NCBI GenBank assembly: GCA_963773585.1 | Contig: CAVZBR010000001.1 | Coordinates: forward strand, 814,905 to 878,904 | DNA: 64,000 nt | Source of the DNA: an uncultured Gammaproteobacteria bacterium | GTDB lineage: Bacteria > Pseudomonadota > Gammaproteobacteria > JASBUN01 | Direction of reading: 5' to 3' | Part shown: positions 27,315 to 38,946 of the stretch, one piece after another | How positions within the stretch are numbered: the stretch's first letter is position 1 | Layout: each line of letters begins with the position of its first letter | Made by a program: the position numbers and the translations under genes | Notes under the pieces: model-generated | What the model saw: the letters and a program-made list of their open reading frames with translations, nothing else | What the model was told of the DNA's origin: nothing | Database searches by the model: none

Positions 27315-28820
27315 ATGAGCGATCCAAAAGCAGTTGCCGCCGAGTCGCCATTCAGTAGACGCCGGGCCGGCATCCTGTTGCATCCGACGTCATTGCCGTG
27401 CGATACGGTCGGCGGTGCGTTAGGCGAGGAAGGCCGTAATTTCGTCGATTTCTTGGCCTCCACGGGCGCTAGCGTTTGGCAGATGCTGCCACTCGGTCCG
27501 ACCCATTCCGACGGTTCTCCCTATGCGTGTTTGTCGGTGTTCGCGGGCAGCTCCGTGTTACTGAGCGCCGCACAGTTGCAGGCCGAAGGCTGGCTCGATG
27601 AGCTCGGTGAACCGGATGCCGACACCGCCACTTGGCGGGAGGAGTTGTTGCAGCGCGCCGTGCAGGGCTTCGCGGAAAACGCCAATCAGGCGCAGAAGGC
27701 GGACTACCAGGCGTTTCGTGAACTCCAGCAATACTGGCTCGAAGACTATTGCCTGTATCAGGCGTTGCGTCGCAAGCATGGTGGCCGTTCCTGGCTTGAT
27801 TGGCCTGCACCAGTACGCGATCGGGTGCCGGAAGCGCTCGAGAACGCGAAAGCGGAATTGGCCGAGGATCGGGAGCGCGTTTGCTTTGAGCAATTCGTGT
27901 TCGATCGCCAATGGCGGGCGCTCAAGTCGTACGCCAATCAGCGAGGCGTATTGCTGTTCGGCGACCTGCCCATATTCGTCGCGCACGATAGCGCGGAAGT
28001 CTGGGCGCGCCGCGAGTATTTCACGCTCGACACGCAGGGCCGTGCCGTCACGGTAGCAGGGGTGCCGCCGGATTATTTTTCAGCCACAGGGCAGCGCTGG
28101 GGCAATCCGCTCTACCGCTGGGACCGCATGCGCGAAAGCGGCTACGACTGGTGGTTGCGTCGAGTCGGACATCAACTCGACTTGTTCGACTTGGTGCGCA
28201 TCGATCATTTCCGCGGGTTCCAGGCTTTTTGGGAAATACCTGCAGAGGCGGAAACCGCGGTGGACGGGCGCTGGGTCGAAGCCCCCGGCGGAGAGCTGTT
28301 CGAACATTTTCGTAGCCGCTTCGATCCGTTGCCACTGGTGGCCGAGGATCTGGGCCTGATCACGCCGGAGGTCGATTCCCTCCGTCATCGCTTCGGCCTG
28401 CCCGGAATGAAGATTTTGCAGTTTGCGTTCGACGGTGGCCCGGAAAATCCGTATCTGCCCCATAATCACGAACGCGACTACGTGGTCTACACCGGCACCC
28501 ATGACAACAATACCACCGTCGGCTGGTTCGATTCGCTCAGCGACGAGCAGCAGGAACGGGTGCGCGAATATCTGGGTTACCCCCGGGAGCCCCAGCCGTG
28601 GCCGCTGATTCGCGCTGCACTCGCTTCGGTATCCGAGATGTGCGTGTTGCCGATGCAGGACCTTCTGGCGCTCGACAATCGCCATCGCATGAATGTACCG
28701 GGCGTCACCGAGGGCAACTGGGGATGGCGCTTCGAGTGGAGCATGGTCGACGAAGGACTCGCGCAGCGGTTGCGCGACATGCTGGCGACCTATGGTCGTT
28801 TGGACGAACCCGCGGCCTGA
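27315..28820 (+). CDS. malQ: 4-alpha-glucanotransferase (amylomaltase, GH77) MalQ
   Basis: GH77 motifs: GILLHPTSLP, IGDLPIFVAHDSAEVW, YTGTHDNNT. Confidence 0.9.
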   Translation: MSDPKAVAAESPFSRRRAGILLHPTSLPCDTVGGALGEEGRNFVDFLASTGASVWQMLPLGPTHSDGSPYACLSVFAGSSVLLSAAQLQAEGWLDELGEPDADTATWREELLQRAVQGFAENANQAQKADYQAFRELQQYWLEDYCLYQALRRKHGGRSWLDWPAPVRDRVPEALENAKAELAEDRERVCFEQFVFDRQWRALKSYANQRGVLLFGDLPIFVAHDSAEVWARREYFTLDTQGRAVTVAGVPPDYFSATGQRWGNPLYRWDRMRESGYDWWLRRVGHQLDLFDLVRIDHFRGFQAFWEIPAEAETAVDGRWVEAPGGELFEHFRSRFDPLPLVAEDLGLITPEVDSLRHRFGLPGMKILQFAFDGGPENPYLPHNHERDYVVYTGTHDNNTTVGWFDSLSDEQQERVREYLGYPREPQPWPLIRAALASVSEMCVLPMQDLLALDNRHRMNVPGVTEGNWGWRFEWSMVDEGLAQRLRDMLATYGRLDEPAA

Positions 28821-28827
28821 GTCCGGT

Positions 28828-31386
28828 TCAAAGCCACAGCATGCAGCCGGTTTCCAGGGCATGACTGAGCAACGGATGGTGCGGGTACATGCGCAATTTG
28901 TATTGCTGCAAACCGGGCAGGGGCGGGCGCAGATCCAATGCGAACTCGGTGTGCCCGCTGCCATCGGCCGCGCCTGGTGTCAGCAGATAGGTATCGTGTA
29001 CTACGAATTCCCCGTCAGTAGTTTCGGTCCCGACCAGGCATTCCATGCGCACGTCACTGGGGCTTAGATCGTTGAGCAGCGCCTGGACGCGGATGGGAAG
29101 CAATTCCCCGGCGCGGATAGCCGGCCGATTTTCATCGGTCCGTTGAAGTTGCACTTTGTCCCAATGCGCGCGGATTTTCTGTTTCCACTTTGCCAGTTCG
29201 CGGGCCGGCGCCGCGTTGTCGGAACTCAGGCGCCTGGTTTGGCGCACTGCCGAGCCGTAGTAGCCGCGAACATAGTCCATTGCCATGCGTTGGGCGTTGA
29301 ATCGCGGCAGCAACGTTTTCATGGATTGCTTCGACATTTTCACCCAGGGTTCCGAATAGCCGTGGCCTTCGCGGCGGAAATACAAGGGAATCACCTGGTG
29401 TTCGAGGATGTCGAGCAGTTCCCGTGACTCTTCCTGGTTGCGGAACGCAGCATCGTGCTGTGGACCGTGGGGCGTGATGGCCCAGCCGTTTTCGCCGTTA
29501 TAGCCTTCGTCCCACCAGCCGTCCAAGACACTGAGATTGATCACACCATTGATGCCGGCCTTTTGTCCCGAAGTACCGCTTGCCTCGAGCGGGTATTCCG
29601 GATTGTTGAGCCAGACGTCAACGCCGGTAACCAGCTTGCGCGCCAGGGCCAGATCGAATCCTTCCAGCAAAATGATCTTGCCTTCGAATTCAGGTTTGCG
29701 TGAGAACTCGTATATGACCTGGATCAGGTGTTGGCCGGGCATGTCGTTGGGGTGCGCCTTGCCGGCGAAGATCAACAGCACGGGGCGTTTCGGATTGCCG
29801 AGCATACGCGCCAGGCGCTCGGGGTCGGAAAACAGCAGCGTTGCCCGCTTATAGGTGGCAAAGCGGCGCGCGAATCCGAGGATCAAGACGTCCGTGAGAT
29901 CGGGGCCGAGCAATTTGCTGATGCGCTCGATCTGCGCATCGCTCGAAGCGTTACGACGATGCTGCAACGTGACCCGCTCACGCACGTCTTTCATCAGCTC
30001 GGACTTCAATGACTGGCGCAAACTCCAGAAGCTGTGGGAGGGAATATCTTCGATGCGTTCCCAATATTCTTCGTTCAATAGTTCGTTGCGCCACTCACCG
30101 CCGAAACGCATATCGAACATGCTGGACCACTCGCGGGCCAGGAATGTCGGGACGTGGATGCCGTTGGTGACGTAGCCGATGGGATTTTCCTGAGGCGGAA
30201 TCTGCGGCCAGACGTAGCTTTCCATGCGCGAAGCGACGCCGCCGTGGATGCGGCTGACGCCGTTATGGAAGCGCGATCCGCGCAATGCCAGCGTCGTCAT
30301 GTTGAAACCGGAGTGGTGATCGGCGCCGTTGCCCAGGCGCAGGAACCGTTCCTCGCCAATACCGAGTTCCCTGATGAACTCGCGGAAATTGTTGGTCATC
30401 AGGTCATATTCAAAAATGTCGTGACCCGCAGCCACCGGCGTATGTGTCGTGAATACAGTTCCGGCGGCCACCAGTTCCAGGGCGCTGTCGAAATCCATGC
30501 CCGATCCGACCAACTCGCGACAGCGTTCCAGGATCAGAAACGCGGCGTGGCCTTCGTTGATGTGCCAGGCATTCGGAGTCAGGCCGAGAGCGCGCAAAGC
30601 GCGCACGCCGCCGATACCAAGCACGATCTCTTGCTGAATGCGCGTGGTGCTGTCGCCGCCGTACAATTGGTAGGTGATGGAGCGATCGCGCTCGCTGTTC
30701 AGGGGCAGATCGCTGTCGAGAAGGTATAGCGTGATATGGCCGGCTTTGGCCTGCCATACCTTCAATGTCACCTTGCGCCCGTCGATCGATACCGTGACGT
30801 GGATTTCTTCGTTGTTTGAATCTCGCGCAGGTGAAATCACGAGATCATCGAAATTGGTCGGCGTGTAGTGTGCGATCTGGTTGCCGTGACCATCAATGGT
30901 CTGGGTGAAGTATCCTTGGCGATACAGGAGTCCCACGGCAACGAATGGCAGATACAGATCACTTGCCGCCTTGCAGTGATCGCCGGCAAGAATGCCGAGG
31001 CCGCCCGAATAAATGGGTAGGCTTTCATGGAAGCCGAATTCGGCGCAGAAGTAGGCCACCAGATCTTTCTCGGGGTCCAAATGCTCGTGCACAGTGCTCG
31101 GCATATGGTCCTGGTGATAGGTGTCGTATACCGACAATGCGCGGTGGTAGTCCTCGAGAAAAATGCGATCTTGCGCGGCCTCTTCGAGGCGTTCCTGGGA
31201 TACACGCCGCAGGAAGACTTTGGGATTGTGGCCGCAGTGTTGCCACAGGATCGGATCGAGGCGGAAGAACAGTCCGCGCACCTGACGGTCCCAGCTGTAG
31301 AGCAGGTCGTTGGCGAGCTCGGTGAGGCGCGTCAATCGATCAGGAATATTGGACTGGACTTCGAGTGAGTAACAGGTGCCCGACAT
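28828..31386 (-). CDS. glgP: alpha-glucan phosphorylase (GlgP-type, GT35 with DUF3417 N-terminal region)
   Basis: 852 aa with the PLP region FAGKAHPND and a phosphorylase core. Convergent with malQ. Confidence 0.85.
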   Translation of the reverse strand: MSGTCYSLEVQSNIPDRLTRLTELANDLLYSWDRQVRGLFFRLDPILWQHCGHNPKVFLRRVSQERLEEAAQDRIFLEDYHRALSVYDTYHQDHMPSTVHEHLDPEKDLVAYFCAEFGFHESLPIYSGGLGILAGDHCKAASDLYLPFVAVGLLYRQGYFTQTIDGHGNQIAHYTPTNFDDLVISPARDSNNEEIHVTVSIDGRKVTLKVWQAKAGHITLYLLDSDLPLNSERDRSITYQLYGGDSTTRIQQEIVLGIGGVRALRALGLTPNAWHINEGHAAFLILERCRELVGSGMDFDSALELVAAGTVFTTHTPVAAGHDIFEYDLMTNNFREFIRELGIGEERFLRLGNGADHHSGFNMTTLALRGSRFHNGVSRIHGGVASRMESYVWPQIPPQENPIGYVTNGIHVPTFLAREWSSMFDMRFGGEWRNELLNEEYWERIEDIPSHSFWSLRQSLKSELMKDVRERVTLQHRRNASSDAQIERISKLLGPDLTDVLILGFARRFATYKRATLLFSDPERLARMLGNPKRPVLLIFAGKAHPNDMPGQHLIQVIYEFSRKPEFEGKIILLEGFDLALARKLVTGVDVWLNNPEYPLEASGTSGQKAGINGVINLSVLDGWWDEGYNGENGWAITPHGPQHDAAFRNQEESRELLDILEHQVIPLYFRREGHGYSEPWVKMSKQSMKTLLPRFNAQRMAMDYVRGYYGSAVRQTRRLSSDNAAPARELAKWKQKIRAHWDKVQLQRTDENRPAIRAGELLPIRVQALLNDLSPSDVRMECLVGTETTDGEFVVHDTYLLTPGAADGSGHTEFALDLRPPLPGLQQYKLRMYPHHPLLSHALETGCMLWL

Positions 31387-31446
31387 GGTTCGCTTCCGGG
31401 TTCGGTGTGATACGCGGGAAACATCGTGCCGCGGCCGTGATACTGA

Positions 31447-32700
31447 TTATTGTGGTTGATTCACGGACAAGCTGCTACCGGAATCGGGCGCGTGACTGTC
31501 GTGCGAAGATGGTGCCGAGGGAGAGACTCGAACTCTCAAGGGGTCACCCCCAGCGGATTTTGAGTCCCTTCCAGAGGTGGGAGCACCAAGTAACACGCGG
31601 CCTCCAGCCCGGCCCAGCCCGCGGATTGGGGCACAATAGGTCACACTCGGGTCACAGCCTCCAGCACCCTTCACGGGACCCAGCGTAAAGGACTCCAGCT
31701 TCCGGACTGCATCGGACAGGGCCTGGTCGGCGTGGACAGCGTATATTTGCGTCGTCGAGATATTCTCATGCCCGAGGAACTGCTGGACCAGCCTCATATC
31801 GTTCGTGGCAGCCAGCATCCGAGTGCCGGCGGTGTGGCGCCAGCCATGCAGCACAAAGGCCCGGTTGCCGGCCTGGCACATGGCCTTCCTTGCCTGGTCC
31901 CATGCGGCACGCGCAGCATCGTAGCCAGGAATGTCCTCGAAGCACCTCACGGTATCCAGCCGGCGGCCCAGGACCGCCGCAGCGCGTGCGGTCAGCGGCA
32001 CACCCCGTGGCCGGCTGTTCTTTGTCTCCCACAGGGTCAGCCAGCGGTGGTCCACATCCACCTCACCCGGCTCCAGCCGTAGGGCCTCGCCCACACGCAG
32101 CCCGGTGTCCGCCAGGACCTCCACCAGCTCACCGACTGCGGTGAATAGAGGCTCGTGCTTCCCATACAGGAAGGCCAGGGCCTGGGCCTCCTCCTCCAGG
32201 CTGTACACGTGATGGCGGGTGCCGCTGCTCTTGCCCAGCCGGGGGAAGGTCGGGACCCGGTCGAGCAGCACCCAGTCTCGCCACTCAAAGCAGGCTTTCT
32301 GCATGATCACCCGCAACTTCACCAGTTTGGCGTTGATGGTGCTGCGCTTGTTGCCTTCCGCCACCAGCTCATCCACCAGCTGGCGCAGGCGAGGCTCCTG
32401 GACGGACGCTAAGGCAGCGTTGGGGCCTAAACGTTGCTTAAGGGCCTCCAGTTGCAGCTGAGCAGTGCGCTCGTCCTTGGTGCCCTTGTAGTGCTCCCGG
32501 AAGCCACGGTCGAGTGCGTCCCCCACGGTTACAGCCTTTGAGCGGACCACAAGGCCCGCCCTGAGCTTGTCCCGTATGTCCCGCTCCATCTGCGCTGCCT
32601 CGGCGCGGTCGGTGGTGTTCGAGCTACAGCGTACCCGCTCATTGCCCACCTTCACGTCGATCCACAGGTAAGGCGAACCAGATCGTGTCCTGATCGCCAT
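31447..32700 (-). CDS. int: tyrosine-type site-specific integrase (phage integrase family)
   Basis: Catalytic region ...LHGWRHTAG...HENISTTQIYAVH (R...HxxR...Y). The ORF track extends about 60 aa beyond the catalytic Tyr, running through the attR-like tRNA fragment. The true stop probably lies inside the repeat. Confidence 0.85.
   Translation of the reverse strand: MAIRTRSGSPYLWIDVKVGNERVRCSSNTTDRAEAAQMERDIRDKLRAGLVVRSKAVTVGDALDRGFREHYKGTKDERTAQLQLEALKQRLGPNAALASVQEPRLRQLVDELVAEGNKRSTINAKLVKLRVIMQKACFEWRDWVLLDRVPTFPRLGKSSGTRHHVYSLEEEAQALAFLYGKHEPLFTAVGELVEVLADTGLRVGEALRLEPGEVDVDHRWLTLWETKNSRPRGVPLTARAAAVLGRRLDTVRCFEDIPGYDAARAAWDQARKAMCQAGNRAFVLHGWRHTAGTRMLAATNDMRLVQQFLGHENISTTQIYAVHADQALSDAVRKLESFTLGPVKGAGGCDPSVTYCAPIRGLGRAGGRVLLGAPTSGRDSKSAGGDPLRVRVSPSAPSSHDSHAPDSGSSLSVNQPQ
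31510..31567. repeat. 58-bp direct repeat of the 3' half of tRNA-Leu (att duplication bounding the island)
   Basis: Positions 31510-31567 are identical to 34081-34138 (tggtgccgagggagagactcgaactctcaaggggtcacccccagcggattttgagtcc). The sequences diverge immediately after. Confidence 0.9.
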
Positions 32701-32702
32701 GC

Positions 32703-33056
32703 CTACCTCCCGCTATCGTGGCGCTGCTGCAGGCCTTCGCGTAGGCTCGCGTATGCGTCCATGTAGTGAATGCCAGGGTTGATCCGGCAGGCCAGCTCGA
32801 CCCCCTTGTTGGCCTCTGAAGCGGTGGCTGTGGTAGCCCACTCGTGGGCCTGCAGGTGGTACAGCAGCCAGCCAGCAGTGAAGGCCTCGCGCCACTCCCG
32901 GTCCAGGGTCATCCACTTGGCACACGTGATGGAGCCCTCAGGGGCTGCCGGGTGCAGTGGCTCACCTATGGCGCCGAAGTCGATACCCCCAGCGTTTGCT
33001 GTGGTGGCCACGAGGGCCAGTGCTGCCAGTCCTGCCAATCCCGTTCTCATGCTCAT
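32703..33056 (-). CDS. hypothetical small secreted protein (signal peptide) on the island
   Basis: N-terminus MSMRTGLAGLAALALVATTANAGG has a signal-peptide-like shape. I recognise no domain. Tightly packed between the regulator and integrase genes. Confidence 0.5.
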   Translation of the reverse strand: MSMRTGLAGLAALALVATTANAGGIDFGAIGEPLHPAAPEGSITCAKWMTLDREWREAFTAGWLLYHLQAHEWATTATASEANKGVELACRINPGIHYMDAYASLREGLQQRHDSGR

Positions 33057-33451
33057 GCTGACCTCCGGTTGGCCTTGCGCTGTGCCTTGGAAACCTCAGC
33101 GGCTACGTCCTGCAGGAAGCGTTCCCCCTTAGGCGTCACCCGCACGATCTTACGGCGACGCTCGAAGGGGTCCTCCTCAGCTGCCAGCAGGCCGGGGCCA
33201 GGCTTATCCCGGTACTGCCGGAAGCTCAGGTAATCAACGATGCGGGACGCAGCGGCTCGGCTGATCCCCGTCAACGTCTCCAGTTCCTTTATCGTGCTGC
33301 CCGTGTTCAGGACGGCATGCAGGAACAAGTGCAAGTGCTGTGTAGGCAGCTCGGGGTCTATCTTCTCCCGTGCTACCCTCAGGCCTGCCTCCAGGATCAT
33401 CGCGGTCGTCATTGTGTCCGTCTTCTTCTCGTTCATCTGTTGCTCTCCCAA
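33053..33451 (-). CDS. MarR-like winged-helix transcriptional regulator on the island
   Basis: HTH IKELETLTGISRAAASRIVDYL and a wing FERRRKIVRVTPKGERFL. The start is uncertain (MGEQQ versus MNEKK). Confidence 0.6.
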   Translation of the reverse strand: MGEQQMNEKKTDTMTTAMILEAGLRVAREKIDPELPTQHLHLFLHAVLNTGSTIKELETLTGISRAAASRIVDYLSFRQYRDKPGPGLLAAEEDPFERRRKIVRVTPKGERFLQDVAAEVSKAQRKANRRSA

Positions 33452-34080
33452 GCCGCTCCGGTTTTCTGCTTATTGTTATCTCGAAGGGGCCTAACACTAT
33501 CTCTGTGACCCCCTGCTCTGTGTACCCTTCAAAGAACTTTGCCGTACTGCTTTGATGCCTACGCCCGTAGACTTCATACCCCTTGACGGTTAAAAACATT
33601 CCAGTGCCCCTGATCTAAGCCCCCACGGTTGCGCCTCTCTGGCGCTAGGGATTCGTGGGTGGCGCGTGTCTGTCCCTCACCTTGCGTGTCCTTTGCCTCT
33701 CGGCCTCTCCCTGGCCGACAGCCGAAGTCCCTATGTTTCACGACCGGGACTGTCTCCTAATCGAAGTGTCGAGTTTAAGTCTGCGCACTGGAGTAGCGGT
33801 CCTTGCCCAGAGCTACGGATTCAGACTCCAGCTCCACTTCACGTTCGATCTGATCGGGGTGCATTTATGCGCTCCTTGGTTGTGGTCAAGTGAGGGATCG
33901 TCTCACTTGTGAGTACTTCAGGTCAAACTTAAAGGGGGACCCTTCAGGTCTCCCCTTCAAGGGGTCTACTTAAAGTGGGTCCCATTTGCTCCCTCTGGTA
34001 CGAAGGGTTAATAGGACACAATGGGGCACAATCTAGGGGTCAGGGTCTTCAGGTGATTTCGAGGTAGGTGACGTAAGTTG

Positions 34081-34167
34081 TGGTGCCGAGGGAGAGACTC
34101 GAACTCTCAAGGGGTCACCCCCAGCGGATTTTGAGTCCGCCGCGTCTACCAATTCCGCCACCCCGGC
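34081..34167 (-). tRNA. tRNA-Leu (anticodon CAA)
   Basis: 87 nt: GCCGGGGTGGCGGAATTGGTAGACGCGGCGGACTCAAAATCCGCTGGGGGTGACCCCTTGAGAGTTCGAGTCTCTCCCTCGGCACCA. It has a long variable arm, a T-loop TTCGAGT, a CCA end and the anticodon loop CTCAAAA. Confidence 0.9.
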
Positions 34168-34318
34168 ATACGGCCCGCGGTGCCGGCTTGAACTCGGCTC
34201 CGTCGACCAGGCGCCAAAGTATAAGGTTTTCCTGGCGGAGGGCAACCACCAACTGCGCCCGGCGCCGCGCGGACCGTGGCTCGTCCCTCGCGCTTGAAGC
34301 TGCTACCATCCGCATCGC

Positions 34319-36478
<2,160 letters not shown>

Positions 36479-36707
36479 ACCGCATCCGGCCTATGCGCGC
36501 GACCTTGGTTCTGTGCAATAATACGGCGCCGACTGGTCACAGCCATTGTGGGCCCTTTGCCGGCCAAGCCTGTCTTCAACATCATGACCGGCGGGATGAT
36601 GCCAGCGTGACACACGCCGTCTGTACCGGGCTTTGCGGCATTATTGCCGGCAATATGAGTGTGTTAATATTTGCCGGCCCGGAACTCGGACACCTGAAGG
36701 ATACGTC

Positions 36708-37043
36708 ATGAGCTTGCTTAGTTTTTTCATTTCCGACGCATTGGCAGCGAACGGTGCGGCGGCGTCGCAACAACCTGGAATACTGGGTTTCCTGCCGCTG
36801 ATCGTCATTTTCGTCATCTTTTATTTCCTACTCATCCGGCCTCAAAGCAAGCGCGCCAAAGAGCATCGCAACATGGTTTCCAGCCTCTCCAAGGGCGACG
36901 AAGTGGTAACCAACGGCGGGCTGCTGGGTCGCATCGAGGAACTGGACGAGAATTTCGTCACTTTGGAGATTGCCGACAATGTGCGGGTGCGTGTGCAGCG
37001 CAATGCCGTGGGGTCGTTGATGCCCAAAGGCACGCTGAAATAG
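36708..37043 (+). CDS. yajC: preprotein translocase subunit YajC
   Basis: 111 aa with a single TM (LPLIVIFVIFYFLLIRPQSKRAKEHRNMVSSLSKGDEVVT). Precedes secD. Confidence 0.88.
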   Translation: MSLLSFFISDALAANGAAASQQPGILGFLPLIVIFVIFYFLLIRPQSKRAKEHRNMVSSLSKGDEVVTNGGLLGRIEELDENFVTLEIADNVRVRVQRNAVGSLMPKGTLK

Positions 37044-37062
37044 CACTGAGCAGAAGCCCCGC

Positions 37063-38928
37063 ATGATCAACCGCTATCCGCTTTGGAAGTACGTCCTGAT
37101 TTTGATCGTCATGTTGGTGGGCGTCCTGTACGCGCTACCCAATCTGTTCGGTAAGGATCCAGCGATCGTCGTAAGTCCCGTGCGCAACGAGACCGTGGAC
37201 GCGACTGCCCGCGATACGGTGGCAAAACTGCTGCAGGACGCCAATGTCAATGTGCGCTCCATGCGGCTCGAAGACGGCAAACTGGAACTGCGTTTTGCCG
37301 ATACCGACACGCAGCTGCGCGCCACCCGCTTGCTGTCCGATGCGCCGCAATTGCAGGGCCATTTCACCGTCGCCCAGGACCTGGCCCCGGCGACTCCGGC
37401 GTGGTTGCGGCTACTCAACGCCAAGCCGATGTACCTGGGCCTTGATCTGCAGGGCGGCATTCACTTTCAGATGGAAGTGGACATGCAAGCAGCGCTGGAC
37501 AAGGAGCTGGAGCGCTACGCGGGCGAGATCAAATCACAATTGCGGGATAAAACCATCCGCCACCTCGGCGTTCGCCGTGACGGCGAGACGCTGAAAATCC
37601 GCTTTCGCGACAACGATGAACGGCAGAAAGCGCGCGATTTGGTGCAACGGCAATTTGCCGGTCTGATGCTGGTCGACAAGGAACAAGGCGGTAATCCATA
37701 CCTGTTTGCGACCCTGACCGAGAAGCACAAGCGAGAGACTCAGGAATTCGCGCTCGAGCAGAATATCACCACGCTGCGCAATCGAGTCAACGAACTCGGC
37801 GTCGCCGAACCGCTGATTCAGCGCCAAGGCGACAAGCGCATCGTGGTCGAACTGCCGGGCGTGCAGGATCCTGCCCAGGCCAAAGACATCCTTGGGGCGA
37901 CCGCCACCTTGGAATTCCGTCTGGTGGATGAACGCAACCAGAACGTCGGCAGTATCGCCGCCAGCGGACATGTGCCTCCGGGCACCGAGTTGTTCCATGA
38001 ACGGGACGGCACCCCGATTTTGCTGAGTCGTCGCGTGATTCTGACCGGCGATTCGATTACCCATGCGGCTTCGACTTTCGACCAGCGCAGCGGCCCTGTG
38101 GTGACCATCAATCTCGACAATCAGGGCGGTCGTCGCTTCGGCGATTTCACCAAGGATCATATCGGCGAACGGCTTGCCGTGGTCTACATCGAGACCAAGG
38201 TGGAAACCAAGCTCAAAGATGGCAAGCGGGTGCGCGAGAAGAAAGTCGAACGCAACGTGATCAGCGCGCCGGTGATTCGTGATCGCCTGGGACAACGTTT
38301 TCAGATTGAAGGCCTCGAGAGCCCCGATGAGGCCCACAACCTGGCATTGCTGCTGCGTGCCGGCGCATTGGCAGCGCCCATCGAGATTGTTGAAGAACGT
38401 ACCATCGGGCCCAGTCTCGGGCGCGACAATGTCGAGCAGGGATTCGAGTCCGTCGTTGTCGGTTTCGCGCTGGTGCTGTTGTTCATGGCGTTCTATTACC
38501 GTGTTTTCGGTCTGGTGGCCGATTTGGCGCTGGGCTTCAACATGGTGCTTCTGGTCGCGGTGTTGTCGCTTTTGCAGGCGACGCTGACACTGCCCGGAAT
38601 TGCGGGCATTGTCCTGACCGTGGGCATGGCCGTGGACGCCAACGTTTTGATCTTCGAACGCATCCGAGAAGAATTGCGCAACGGCAATACGCCGCAGGCC
38701 AGCATTCACGCCGGTTACGAAAAGGCTTTTTCGACCATTGCCGACGCCAATGTGACGACCTTGATCGCTGCCGTGGTCCTGTACGGCATCGGCACGGGTC
38801 CGATCAAAGGCTTCGCGGTGACCTTGTCGCTCGGTATTCTGACTTCGATGTTCAGCGCCATCATGGGCACCCGCGCGGTAATCAATCTTTTGTACGGCGG
38901 CAAGCGCCTGCAGAAGCTGCCAATCTGA
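37063..38928 (+). CDS. secD: protein translocase subunit SecD
   Basis: 621 aa with a large periplasmic domain and C-terminal six TMs (SecD_SecF family). Confidence 0.92.
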   Translation: MINRYPLWKYVLILIVMLVGVLYALPNLFGKDPAIVVSPVRNETVDATARDTVAKLLQDANVNVRSMRLEDGKLELRFADTDTQLRATRLLSDAPQLQGHFTVAQDLAPATPAWLRLLNAKPMYLGLDLQGGIHFQMEVDMQAALDKELERYAGEIKSQLRDKTIRHLGVRRDGETLKIRFRDNDERQKARDLVQRQFAGLMLVDKEQGGNPYLFATLTEKHKRETQEFALEQNITTLRNRVNELGVAEPLIQRQGDKRIVVELPGVQDPAQAKDILGATATLEFRLVDERNQNVGSIAASGHVPPGTELFHERDGTPILLSRRVILTGDSITHAASTFDQRSGPVVTINLDNQGGRRFGDFTKDHIGERLAVVYIETKVETKLKDGKRVREKKVERNVISAPVIRDRLGQRFQIEGLESPDEAHNLALLLRAGALAAPIEIVEERTIGPSLGRDNVEQGFESVVVGFALVLLFMAFYYRVFGLVADLALGFNMVLLVAVLSLLQATLTLPGIAGIVLTVGMAVDANVLIFERIREELRNGNTPQASIHAGYEKAFSTIADANVTTLIAAVVLYGIGTGPIKGFAVTLSLGILTSMFSAIMGTRAVINLLYGGKRLQKLPI

Positions 38929-38946
38929 GTATCGGGACGCTTCAAA

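Larger units (their letters stand above)
31510..34167. mobile_element. about 2.66-kb integrative mini-island inserted at tRNA-Leu(CAA). Contents: integrase, small secreted protein, MarR-like regulator and a lower-GC att-proximal noncoding arm.
   Basis: It is bounded by the intact tRNA and a 58-bp duplicate of its 3' half. It carries a tyrosine integrase and interrupts the tRNA-Leu/queA junction. Confidence 0.8.

Noticed and set aside
31447-31600. C-terminal about 60-aa extension of the integrase ORF (..[19 protein letters not shown]..)
   Set aside because: This segment is a translation of the duplicated tRNA-Leu fragment (the same peptide appears in an ORF over the real tRNA at 34033-34245). 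It is an artefact of the ORF reading through att and not a distinct domain.
34080-34318. Long 5' extension of the queA ORF (ORF-track start at 34080) and ORF 34033-34245 overlapping tRNA-Leu
   Set aside because: Both overlap the tRNA gene. The conserved QueA N-terminus begins at the ATG at 34319.
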